Shown here piece after piece: positions 24,924-38,162 of a DNA stretch of 64,000 nt. Source of the DNA: Lingula anatina (taxonomy: Eukaryota; Animalia; Brachiopoda); the NCBI GenBank assembly GCA_051362555.1, contig CM120647.1, forward strand, positions 19,754,651 to 19,818,650, in the 5' to 3' direction. Position numbers and translations under genes: made by a program. Position 1 is the first letter of the stretch, and every line of letters begins with the position of its first letter. Below the pieces are notes generated by a model. The model made no database searches. It was not told where the DNA came from and saw only the letters and a list, made by a program, of their open reading frames with translations.

Positions 24924-26246
24924 TTAATACAAACACCATAACATGCAGTACGTGGCAGCCATTAGGGTGGTTAGCAACAGTTCCAGACTGCACACGCCGC
25001 TGCAGCTTGAAGTTTGAGGCTTGTGTGTAGCAGTAACAGCACTTGAACTGGTCTCTTTAATTCCTTTGGTAGATTTCGAAGACAAAGTCGTCGTGGGATG
25101 TGTGGGTTTTGTAGACTTAGCTGTGATCCTAGTTGTAGATGACTTTGTGGGCGTGGTCGGGGTCACAGATGATTTTGTGGGCGTGGTCGTGGACGTAGAT
25201 GCACTGGAAAGTGTTGTCATCGGTCTGGTACATCCATTTTGGTTACATGTGCAGACTTCGGCTGATGTGGTGTGACTTTGTAGGCCGGTGCCAGTCAAGG
25301 CATCCAATGAAAACAACCCAGTCATGGCTGCGTCACTGTCTGTCAATCGTGAACATCTGTCAGCAGATTTACTCGCAGAGCATAACCGCTCCGTCAGCTT
25401 CATAGTGACGGTCACCAATGACTTAATTAAAGAAAGAAAATATAGTGAAAATAAAAAAAGCCACTTTAGAACCAACATGACAATCACTTTTTGTTAGTTG
25501 GTTTGTTTGTATTCTGTAGGAGAACAAAAAGAATCAATATAGACTTTGATTGGTGGCATGAAATTTAATTGACATTTTTTCTCGTTTACATTACTGTATT
25601 CCACTTAACGTGCTTCTGAAAATTTATGTTGCTTCACCTGCCAACATTTCACATATTCTATTTCATAATGGTTTCAGGCAATGGAATACAAAGCAAAACA
25701 TATCTATTTATAAATGTGCTTGAACTTTCTTGTTTGTTTGTTTGTTGGCTCGTTATTTTTTTAGTTTGTTTGTTTGTATGTATTTTTTTTTTGAATAATT
25801 TATTTTCTTACCGCAGAAATCGTCCCTTCGCCCACAGAGCTCAGACATGACCCACGGCAGCTGACAGTCTTTGTCTGAGATGGATTCGACACACACTTTT
25901 GGTCCATTTCCCCCAGAAACCAGTTCCCAATAAGTCCTAGGAGTAACTGTACCATGAAGTCGCTGGAGGTATACTCCATGTACTCACATTTGGGGCATTG
26001 CACTGCTGGAACTTTTGCATAAATGATGGATGAATACCAGTAAATAAATAAATGAAATAATTGATTTAAAAAGAAACAAGTAATCATCATTTTTACAAAC
26101 TAATGAAAATGAACATTATGCATTCAAATAAAACTTCCGTAAATATTACTTGTAAATCATACTAATGGAAGAGACCTATAACAGTATGACAAAAAAAGTT
26201 CTAAAAATGTCGATGATGATACATGTATTAGAATAATAATAACTAT

Positions 26247-26277
<31 letters not shown>

Positions 26278-29200
26278 CTTTATTGGAGAAATCGCAACCC
26301 GAAGGTTGAAGTTATACAATTACATATATGAATATTTAAGTCAAGGAATCCTGGTCATTTTTGCACTGGTGCACTCCGTAGGCGGTCTCACCTCCCTGGG
26401 GAGCATACATCATTAATATTGCAATCCCTACCTTGTGGTAATGTCGCAAGACTCGTGGTATCCACATTACATCGGTCTGAGTTACACACACACAGGCGTC
26501 CCTCCATGGCGGTCACAGTGGATACACTGTTTGGGAGGATGTTCTGAATGTCCTCCAGATTAGCCAAGGTCAGATTCATACACCCTTCTTCGACACTGGT
26601 CGTTGCTAAGCAACCGCGTACCCAGTCACGTGAGTTAAGAGCGGCGTTGGTGTCCTAGAGAGATAGATATTGGGGATAGGATTTAGGCCATCTTCTGAGT
26701 CTTCCAGAAGACGGTCAGATTTTCAAGTTTACATTGACGGGTATCTGTCTTTTTCTGTCGGAAGACGGTCAAAAATGGGGGATGGATCCACAAATATAAT
26801 TTGGAAAACTGTCAGAAAATATCTCTGGATCCGCCCCTGCAGGTACACTGTACCGTATAGCCAATAAAAAACAAGACTACTGGTACGCGTTTAATCGATA
26901 ACTGATTTAATACTCGTCAGATTACCATCCGCCCCCTTCCTTATGAATAGGTATTACTTTATTAATACAATGCAACCGACGTGTAGCCGCATGTTAGAAG
27001 ACAATGTGTGTTACGCACAGCAGTAGGAGGCCGCTAGCCCTTCCCAGCAAGGAGTCAACTAAGCCGCAAGTTAGAAGACAATGCGTGATTACTAACAGCA
27101 GTAGGAGGCCGCTACCGCTCCCCAGCAAGGAGTCAACACAGCAGTGCGTAACCCGGGCTTAATTAGGGGTTATTAGTTGTCCACTTATGATCGGTATTGT
27201 TCGTCTTGATTGCAGCACACTTCCTACTCACTATTGGTTCGCCCGCCTCTTCTTTAAATGCTCTCTCAAACCATTCCTCAGTCAGCCGAGAATGGAAACA
27301 CGTTTATCTGCCGATAAACTTCGTCGTTGATGTATTATTTGGCATCATTCTACAGTGGGTCATAAGGCTCTATCTATGATTTTTTTTCGTCTGGCATTTT
27401 ACCAGATTAAGCTGACGCTTGAAAACTGAATTTAATGAATAATTTTCTCACGTGCACGTATCCAGCTAATTTTACGACAATAACTTCCAGGGCACCTCCG
27501 CCATTTGCAATTGTAGACGAACCACGTGTTTCCAACTGATAGGTCAATACAACTATACCAGACCCATTGCACGATAAAAAACAGTTTATATTTAATGAAT
27601 TAAAAAAAACATTTGAGGATCGCGATTTTCTATTGATAAACTATCGATGGTATCCCTGTATTAAATCATCCACTGCTACCCCCTCTGTTGTAGTGTAGCA
27701 TGACTCGTATCACAAGATGGTCTTAGAAATGAAGTAATTAAGACAGGCCTACACTCTGATAGTTTTAAGTCTATTATTAACCCTAATGTCGTTTAATTTC
27801 TTGTCATTCTTTCTAGAACTCCCTGAGCCATCGCAAAGTTATTTGCCAGGACATTAAAAGGCTACTTCTTAACGGATTTTTATTTTATTTTCACCGAGTC
27901 CAAAAATGTTCGAGGACGTCTCTGTCGTTATCGCCGTTTCTCGGACGTCATTTAAACGGCGTTGAACGGCAGTCCCAGACAAAGGATCGGCAGTTTCTAA
28001 ATAAAAGAACTTGTAAATGCTGCATCTAGCCAGTTATTGTTCCTAAGTAAAGAGAGGCGATAATGATCTGTTCTTTCTTCTAGCTTAGTTTGTCGACTAA
28101 AATGAACAATTTTAGGCCTACAATGCAACCACCAATTATTACGACCATTAGGGCCTAATGAGGTTCTGTTCTTTGCTACACTCCCTTTCTTCATGATCGC
28201 CAAACCTGTGGGGTGCTGTGTTTTAAATATATAAAAGGGGTCTCGCGAGGTAAAGCTATAACAATGAACTAAAATCCTATGAATAGGCCTATCTAATAAA
28301 CCATGAAGCACGTAGCCTAGGCCTCTTTGACCGACATCAAATTTTTACATTCTTTGTTATAATAAGGGGGCGAACGTAGTCTAATTTGTCTTTTCGTGGT
28401 GATTTTGCTCGAAATAGCGGAGTCAAGTAAATCGGTGATTTACCGTTGGTAAAATCATCGCTCCTGCGTCCTCACAGATTACTTTCTAATCCCCCGTAAT
28501 TAACGCAGTCAGGAATAAGCGCTGAAATAGGGGATTTTGTATCAGGGAAAAAATTAGTATTTATCTTTTGTTATCACGTATCTGTATTATGTAATCCTGT
28601 AACTCATTTTCCCAAGGCAACCACCAATTATGACGACCATTAATGAAGTTCTCTGCTACACTCTCTCCTCATGATCACTTGCTCGATCGTGAAACCCTGG
28701 AGGTGTTGGGTATATATTTGGGGTAGTTTACTATAGCATGCTACACTCTCCTCATGATCACTTGCTCGATCGTGAAATCTGGAGTGAAACCCTTTGTTTG
28801 TCTAACAATGGTTTAAATAAATAAAAAGGGTGTTACGGAGGTGAGGTTGCTTAAGTCATAAGAATAATGAACGAAAAAATACGATGAACATTTAATACAC
28901 CACGAGGCACGTATGTTTTGACCGCCATCGCCTTTTTTACATAAGATGTTTCATCAAGAGGGCAGATGTAGTCCAATATGTCTTTTGTTGGTTATTCTGC
29001 TTCAGGTGGCTGAGATTAGTTGATCGATGATGTACTGTTGGTAAGAGTAGCTATCATCACATCCGCGTCCTAACGGATTACTTTCCAACCCCCCATAATT
29101 AACGCAGCCAGGAATAGGCGCTGAAATAGGGGGTATTATATCTGAAATTAATTTTTGTAATTATCTATCCGTAAAATAAGAATCGTTACATTATCACGTA

Positions 29201-29606
29201 TTTTTCCAGATTGAAAATATATTATAATATGCACACTGATCAAATTATAAAGAAAATCTCCAGATGTAAACAAAGGACAGTCAAGTATCACTCATCCCAG
29301 GCTGCAGGGCAGATAAAGAGAATTGAATGGAGCGCGAGTGATCTGGCAACCCTACAATTTCGTCATAATGATTCATGGGCAAACAATAGAAGCATGAAAT
29401 TAACACCTTTTACAGTGTGAAGGACGACACCTAATGAGGCTTTTGTTTTCCCCCTGGATGGTTATTACAAAGTAAGAATGTTGACGTAAGTGTTATCTGC
29501 TTCCTGGTGAAGACTTTTGCGTGTTCAAAGGAACAATGGAAATGTCATTTCAAAACAAAGAGCCACATTTCCCTACTTAGGTGGCCAAAATTTTGTCAAT
29601 GAAACG

Positions 29607-29637
<31 letters not shown>

Positions 29638-32151
29638 ACAAAATCACCAGCTGTTACTGACTGAGTCTAACTCAAATGCAAAAAGGTACGCACAGCGACA
29701 AAGCGCTATTGTAAACAGTGACCCGACGATGAGATCAATAGATGTATAAATGACTTATTGTACTATAAAATTGTACCCCTGCCCCTACTTGTATATTATT
29801 ACACACATAAGGCCATCCTATACCAGAGTTGCAGATTGATTTTCCATTATGCAGTCTCTTGCACTGAAGAAAAATACTCATATATAATTTGCGGTCCTAG
29901 TAGAGGGTCGGTCCTCACTCAAATCAAAATAAACTAGCAAACATGAAAATTGACAAGCTGTATTAGGATGTAAAGTGTTGAGAACCCTTTAAACACGGTG
30001 TATGGTAATATGCACGTTTAGACAAATTTTAATTTTAATTTCAATTTAATTTAATTTTATTTTTAATTAAAATTAATATTACCGAAATGAGGAAATGTCG
30101 TTTGCGTCATGTATCAATATTTGTGCGCATAATAGTACCTACGTTATAAACATTCAGCAAAGATCTTTGGAAGGCCGATATTTCGTCGTTTATATCAAAT
30201 GAAAACTATCTGATACCCATCGTATCAATCATTATACATGATGAGCGATTAGCATACTAATTTATGTCCCCAGTCATAATAACTTTAACAATTACAACAA
30301 TCCTCCCTACTCTGCTTTTCGTTGCAAAAACAATTAGCCACAACTGTTTTAACATTAAAAGATATCAATAATAATGATAATTCCAAAATTTCAAAAGTAC
30401 CTTTGGGGTACGAACTCCCGTCGGGTAGGTTACAACGTTTGCAACGACGTTAACCGTTATTCCACCAGTGCTATTACACTTTCACACCGATATCGACAGA
30501 TCTGTATTGCCGCGCATGCCGAAGCTTTGCGGAAATTGCCGAAGGCTAGGAAAATTCTTCAAAATATATAATTTTATTACTTTTAATCAACTCTCTCACT
30601 GCCCTGAGGTATAATGGCTAAAACCTTTCAGTTGTCACCAGACTTTGTAATTTGGGAGAAAAAAGTGAAACAGGAACTTCTGGTGATGAATAATAGATTA
30701 TAGTGCTGCAAGGTCTTGTTTTCTATCCCTGATGTACGAGTAGCTTTTTTACAGTTTCTATAATTCTCTTAACGTATGAAAATATGCAGGTTTTCTGATA
30801 CAATAAGACTTTGATAAAATCAAAACCAATTTTACTTTTCAAGTCGGGAGTCGGGATAAATATCGGCAAGGTGGAGATATTTCTCGCCGGCGCTTCCGCA
30901 ACAGCAAGACTGAAGGACGCAAGTTACAAAGCGAAACATATTTAGTCAAGTTAAAGACTTAATTACCGGCCTAACAGCGGCGATAGTGACTCCCGCTGTG
31001 AGCGACTTGCGCTGTCTATCGTAATCCCCCTATCATTAACACTGTCGGGGGCACACGCACGTTCGCCGTGCGTGTGCTATTAAAGTGACCGGGGACTAAA
31101 TAGCTACACGGTACATCGAAATAATTACACATCCTCATATCCTCTTTTGTATATTTGTATCAGTATATATTAACAAATATTATTCATTTATGGGTTGCCA
31201 CAATAAATTTACGTGAGCTAAGTCAAGGTCGCATACATTTTTTGTAATATTTGCAGTTTTGACTTTTCCCATTATCCCCGAAGTATAAATATTTTCACTG
31301 TTGACGTCCATAGTATCCATCAATGTGAATAGAAATCAAATATGTTTTGAATGTTCTATAAATCATCAGTGCAAATATTTCACAAAATACGGGGGTCACA
31401 GACATGACCAAAATGTTCATTTTTTTCTGAAATGGCACTTATCTGGTATTTTATTATTTTGAATATCGGGATAAGCTTTGGGGAAGAGAGAGAAAAACAA
31501 ATAAATAGATTGGCGCCCTTCTTACTGCTCTACCCCTGATACCTGCACTACCAGACTTGAGACACCGTGGATACTTACTGTCTTTGTTAAGGACTGGGAA
31601 ACCCTCAGATAATAGCAGGACCCACTGCACTCTCCAAAGCTTGTCGCCGCAGAGGGGTTATCCTCACACCGCCGGTCGTAATTCCGGTAAAGGGTTTGTG
31701 AGAGAGGGTCCAAGTTGTAACCAAATGACTGGCAGATAAGGCATTGAATGGCTGTTCCTAGTTTTGACAAATATATAAATTCAAAAGAAATAACAAGTCC
31801 CTTGCTCTCACGGGTCTTCCTCAAGTTTATAAGTTTTTAAAGGGGATTAAATAAACCCAACTCTTCTCCATACACCCTTTATATTTACATACGACTGGTT
31901 ATTTGTGCAATAAAATAAGATAAAATAAGATTAAATAATATTAAATTGAATTCAATAAAATAAATAAAATTTAAAAATAATTTAGATCAGTCGCACTTCT
32001 CTCCCTCCCCTATTTTTTACTGTATTTGTACTATCTAAAGGCAAAACTATTTGGTCTATGTACATGTAGCATGAAAGTGCACAAATACATGTAATTTACC
32101 TGACTCCACAAAACACAGGAGGAACACCAAGCTTTGGCCAATAGAAGCCAT
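24924..32151 (-). CDS. Gene C1: signal peptide + two Ly6/three-finger domains + Thr/Ser mucin-like stalk + GPI-anchor-type C-terminus (383 aa)
   Basis: Exons 32151-32100, 31757-31579, 26654-26432, 26011-25812 and 25421-24924 give 1152 nt in frame. There are two 10-Cys domains (IQCLIC...LCVCNSDRCN and VQCPKC...VCTCNQNGCT). The tail SSCSGVCSLELLLTTLMAATYCMLWCLY* has no cytoplasmic region. Confidence 0.88.
26670..31420. other. About 4.7 kb of copy-specific inserted DNA in C1 intron 2, probably nested transposon remnants
   Basis: The same intron is only about 230-270 bp in C3 and C2. The insert contains a roughly 75-bp tandem duplication (26985-27140) and two diverged roughly 500-bp copies (28125-28600 and 28617-29200). 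No convincing ORF. Confidence 0.65.
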
Positions 32152-32419
32152 GTTGAGACGACTGCACTTTCTGCAGTTAGTCAATCAACATATAATGCAC
32201 ACGGTGTTGTTTTACTTGCTCGTTTTTGAAAACAGGAAAAAAAAACGCATGCGCATTTTTGACACTTCCAAGAAGTGCAATAACAGGACCTTCAATGCGG
32301 TGCCTCATTCAACAGAAGTATTTTTTGATCAATTTGTTCGTGCAGTGACAAAACAGTTTTTATTGATTTCTGTTAAAACTTCTACAGTGTGGCTTCATTG
32401 ATAGTACCTGTAGACTACT

Positions 32420-33290
32420 AAAACAGCTAGTTTACACAATCAGAGACAAAATGTCAATCAATTAATATTAGAGGAACTCATGTCAGTTAAGTATCCCAGT
32501 TCAAACTGTTGGGTGTTTTTATCATTAACAATCTTAAATGGTCTGAACATGTTGATTTAACTATAAAAAAGCATGCATACGATTATTTTTTCTGCGCCAG
32601 CTTAAACGTGCTAAACTGTCCTCATCTGATCTTGTTCAGGTATATCAGAGTTTAATTCGGACTGTGGTTGAATATGCTTGTCCTGTGTGGCACCCTGGAT
32701 TAACTGGAGAACAATGTAAAATAATAGAATCCATCCAGTCAAGGGCACTTAGGATCATTTTCCCTGAATTAACTTATGTTGATGCTCTAGACAAAGCAAA
32801 ACTTATTACATTAAAAGAGCGCAGAGTTGAACTCTGCAAATCATTCTTTGCAAAAATACAAAATGACACAGACAAGCTGAACTACCTTTTCACCTGCAAT
32901 CCACACAGGAGACTAAGAAATAGCCTGTCAAATTTTAACATACCAAAAATTAGAACTGAACGTTTTAAAAACACTTTTATTCCTTTCTCTTTGTTAAACC
33001 ATTAGTGGGCTAATTTTTTTCTTTTAAAAAATTATTTTGGCCTTTGTTGTATTTAATTATCATAACTCCATCCTCTTTTACACTAACTTTCAGATGCCTG
33101 TGCAAAAATTTACTTTGTTCATTTATTTTAATGTGTCCCTTTTTTATCTCATTAAGTTTTATTTGCATATCCTATATTATACCTGTATATTATTATTTTA
33201 ATTTGTAAATTTTATTCTCACTCCATTTTATGTATAACTTCAACCTTTTGGTTGCCATGTCTTAATAAACTTATTTACATATTTACATTT
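32420..33290 (+). mobile_element. 5'-truncated CR1/L2-group LINE
   Basis: RLFFLRQLKRA...IRTVVEYACPVWHPGLT...IESIQSRALRII...RTERFKNTFIP is followed by a 3' UTR ending AATAAA plus a short tandem repeat. It is absent at the paralogous sites near 40170 and 62180. Confidence 0.88.
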
Positions 33291-34087
33291 AATAACTGAT
33301 TTATAATCACTTTAAAAATAAGACTAGATTTTCATGCAACGATACAGATTAGAACCGACGGGTCGAAAATCACACAGCAAAGCGGGTAAATTCAGAATAT
33401 ATATATACCAACCAGCAAATGATAATACAGGTGATGATAAAACACAGAGGCAATATAACAACACAAATAACATTCTAGAGAGCTTTCAGTTTCTTACAAA
33501 GAGAAAAGAACAGAGAAAAGAGCGATTTATTTTGAGTAAGTCCTTATATACAAGTTCGGTTAGTACATGTTCGCCAACCAAATTAAATTATACAATGATC
33601 AGTTTTACCTATAAGAGAGTAGTATAGATTACGCAACGTTACAGGAAGAGATTCAAACTTGCACACCGGACTGTACTTTACTTAAAGAGACGTCTACCGG
33701 TAACAATACAAAACAATATCAACTAACACAGTACAGGTACTGTACCTATGATAGGCACACTTAGAAAGCTTTTTATTCTGAGAAATTAGAGATGGTACCA
33801 TTCTACCGGTACCTTCCACCTTTCACCATCATATCCATCTTCCGCGGTACATCGACACTCTTTCTCATTGCATCCCTCTACACAGAACTTATTGTTGTTG
33901 TGACCGTAACCCCGGTGACCCATTACTATTGTGCTACACGTAACTTTACATGTAGGTCTACTGTATATAGTCTGTATGATGTACGTGACAGAAGCTTAGC
34001 TTCATCTTAGCAATGGAAGAAATACACATTTTGTTTGCTGAGATGGGTTTAAGGGTTGGGTTGACATGGGGGGGGGGGGGGGGGGGG

Positions 34088-34220
34088 ACCATGACGGCAC
34101 CATCGTTACTCACCTTGCGTAACTTACTCGCAATGCCACCCAACAGGGGGGCAGAGGTGAAGCTGTGGAACAGACACGGGGGGGGGACCAGCAGTTTATG
34201 CTTGATCGGACGTAGTTATA
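34088..34220 (+). pseudogene. Ricin-B lectin exon-3 relic
   Basis: gacggcaccatcgttactcaccttg...ggggcagaggtgaagctgtggaacagacacgggggg...accagcagtttatgcttgatcgg matches 11323-11460 with indels. It is joined directly to a copy of lectin-2 intron 1 at a poly-G tract. Confidence 0.85.
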
Positions 34221-34221
34221 C

Positions 34222-34683
34222 CCCCGTCACACTAGAGGCAGAATGAACAAGAATGCCGTCTGAAAGACAATTCTTTGTGCATTCCTGGATATTCAAGGAG
34301 CATTCTAAAAATTCTGAGTGCATTTCAAATAGTTTACCCATGTTTGTGGTCGGCCTGAATGTTAAAAACTTTCGAAGCGCATTCCAAGTGGAAAGTTATC
34401 GAATGGCATTTGAATAGTATTCTAACAGCAATGTGACTGCATTCTTAATATTTTCACGGCATTCCGACAACATTGAAAACATTCTGATCACATTCGAGGG
34501 ATATTCGAACTGGCACGCGACTTGAGGGCCCCGTCGCACTTATTCCGAACCAGCAGAAATCAAGATAGAACCAGCCAGAATGAATAAATTGAAAAATTCC
34601 TGCCTTTATCGGGAGGGAATTTCAAATTGCAGTCAGAATATTCCGAATGAAATTCAAATGCCGTACGAGTGTGGTTTGACTGC
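34222..34683. mobile_element. Probable non-autonomous DNA transposon remnant rich in GAAT/ATTC motifs
   Basis: Copy-specific sequence absent from the other units. The ccccgtc(a/g)cact motif occurs twice and gaatg/cattc motifs are dense. Confidence 0.4.
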
Positions 34684-35261
34684 TTATTATAATTTGATAC
34701 TGAGGTATGAAGGTTAAATGATAAATGACTGTAAAAGAGAATAGTAATAAATCCTTTTATAACAAATTTGGTTTCACCATTTTATTACATCATATTTTAT
34801 TTTAAAAAAAGCAATACAATCACTACACTGGGATAAATGTATTGCAGCAAGCCAATCAAATTTATTTATCATTATTTTTTTTTCTAAATTTGCTTTGATA
34901 AATAATTTCACTTAATTCTCACAAAATATTTCTCTCATATGGTGATAAGGATAGACGATAGCTGATAATCATAAATGACAATAGGAATTTAACTGCATTT
35001 TTCTAACATTGAAGGTTTAAATCAGTAATATGGTGTCTTCGGTAAACTGGGACTAATGACATATGATCCATGACGCACAGTCTTTTTTTTTCAACTTTCT
35101 TTCAACACGATATTAGAATTCCTAGTACTTGTGACTCGGGAGTTTCTGGGCTCACGAGGTTTATTTTGTTTCATAAGTTTATGAAACGCACATTGTGTTT
35201 AGCACTGTGGCTCAGCATTTTTCATCACCAACGTTTCAATCCTGTTGGGCATTGTTTTTGT

Positions 35262-38090
35262 TTAAATTGCGTCTTGAATTTCCACCCTTTCTTCATACCT
35301 ATGGTACCTTGCCTCGTGGTTTCTCCTTTTCAGGCAAAAACATTTTATATCTAAGATATCCTTATTAGGCATACACAGCCGAAGTTTTTCCCGGAATTTT
35401 TCTAGATCTCGCTCTACTTCATTTTCTTCTCCGTTCTCTTCTGCCGGCCACCTAAGTTGTATAGTAGGTCTGCAAAACGTACCGTCTATTAAGTTGAGGA
35501 TCAGTTTATTTGTTTCATCTGTTTCAAGTTTATCTCGGTCAATATCCTGGAGGATGATTGCAATGATTTTCAACTTGTCAGCGTTTACCTGGGCTTGTGC
35601 CACTGCCAAAATGTCTTTGTGTTTTGGTGTAAAACACTTTTCGGAGACGAGCATGATGAACAGTCGACTTTGTCTTATTATTACTTCTAAATGGTCTGGA
35701 ACTAAATCTGAAATGAGAAAAGAAGTCATTATAATTTAATACATGCTTATTCCTTAACACCGATGCAGAGGGGGGTCACTGTGCATCCAGTTGTGACTAA
35801 GGTTTTATACAAATAAGGAATCTATAAAATCAAAGCATCATCGAAATAAGTTCAATAGTTGTGTTTACAAGGGAGTGTTTACAGTGTATTTACGATGGCA
35901 ACGACATAAGTACAATATAGTGCACAAGCAAATTACTTTCCGATCACAATGAACTCTTTAAACATTTTTTATTGTAATCAAACCTTTTCTATTAATCGGA
36001 GATATGAATATAATCTATGTCATGTACCTACCCCCGGGGACATCATCCTGGAATTTCACGTTGTAATCACCCCTTAGGCGATTAAGCTCGTGTAAGCATT
36101 TCTTTATTCTTTCCTTTTCATTCTTATTCCCTATTTCTTCTTCTGGCTCTTCGTCTTCATCATCGGTGTCATAAAAAGAAACAACTGCGTCATACTTGTA
36201 CGTATCTGAACCTGTCAGAATGAATAAGGAAAACAACAGAAACTGATAAGAATTATTTTACACTAATTCAACTCATTTTAAGATTTTTTTTCAAAAATAA
36301 ACCTTCTTATTTAATGAATATATTTGTGAAAAGGTTTCTTTGTTCAGAAAAAAGTGAAACAAACGTGTATGTCCTTTTTTTTAACATTAACATTTAACAT
36401 TTTTATTTGCATTTAAATTAACTTAAATAAGTATGTGAATAGTAAGAGTCATGCACGTTGATGCAAATGAAGTATACTAGAACATCACATGTCACTATTG
36501 CAGTTTTTTGGGTAAAGAGGCAAACTGCAATATAAAATAATATAGCAAACAACATTGGCTTTTGTTGTAAGCTTTGGAGAAATGGTTCCACTTCAGAACA
36601 TAGAAGTTGTTAGGGTGCTTCAGACACAACACTCCTAGACTGAAGACACAGAAAACATTACAGAAATATGAAGTTAGAAATATGAAGATTTAGTGGTGCA
36701 AAAGAAGACATAAATTGTAAGTTCATTGTTATGCTCATATATTGGGAGGTGTTATTTGTTTTTGTGCTTATATATACATATATATCTTCGGCATAGAATG
36801 ACCGTTCACAGACAACAAATAAGACAACCTAAATATCAGTGCATGTCTGTGAGTGGGCACATTAGGAATGCTCTATGAACTAAAACCAAGGACTTTGCGG
36901 TATTCCCATTTTATAAATTCACTAGGGAAACAACCCAAACAGAAAGGGAAATGAAAGAAAATCTATTCATTAATGTGTATAAACCTACACTGAATATATA
37001 AAAGCACTGGTAAAAGCAACAATTAAACACCCATTGTTACAGACGTCACATTTTAGCCTTCATGACATCACCTAGTAACAAATAAACAAAAACCCCTGAA
37101 GAAAGAATAAAACCGGTATATATATGATGTGCTCAAAACTTCAAAGGGTTTTTGTCAGTTATGTAAGCATATTTTTGTCTTTTTTACGTACAGTTACACT
37201 TGTGTAAACAGCAAGCCACTGAACAAAGCATATGAGTGCAGATAGCCTTCTTTGTATCACTCGAAGCGTCATCCGTCACAGGACCTGTCAGAATGAATAA
37301 AGGAAACAATAGCGACAGATAGGAATTATTTTCAATTAATTTTGACAATATTTTTCCGGAACAAACCCTTATTTTCTGAATATATTTTTGAAAAGGTTTC
37401 CTACTTAAAGTGAAAGTGAAACAAACAATTATTTCGATTTTTAAGTATGCCAACACTAACTTAAATAAATCCGTGAATAGCCAAAGTAATACATGTTGTT
37501 TACACGAACATCATATGTCATTATTGCAATGTTTGGGTAAAGAGGCAAATTGCTATAAAATAATATAACAAACAGCATTGCCAGTTGGTGAAAAACATGT
37601 AGTTCCACTTCAGAACATAGAGGTTGTTAGGGTGCTTCAGACACAACACTCGAAGACCGGTTGCAATCAGGATAACCAGCGTCAAGGTTATTACTGGTGC
37701 TATGATGGTCCATGGGAGGTAATATTTGACAATTTCTACAATGACATAAAACTAATAATAAATTATGACAAACGTAAAATAATGTATTTTATCCAATGGA
37801 AACAATAAATTATACAATTGTGTCAATGACATGTATTATACCAATAAATCGTTATAAAATATAAGTCTACACTTTATTAATATAGTCTAACAAATACGTA
37901 ATGCATCAGTGATATGTTCAGTTCGATATTTAAAACATAAAACAACCAGTCGACATTTGAACAATGGAAACTGCACATTATGTTACATTCAATTTGTTTT
38001 TCAAAACATTTGTTGTCACTCAAATTTTACAATTGCATTTTTATACAGGAAGTGACTTGTGACAGTCAGTATCTGTAAGAAAGTAATGTA

Positions 38091-38162
<72 letters not shown>

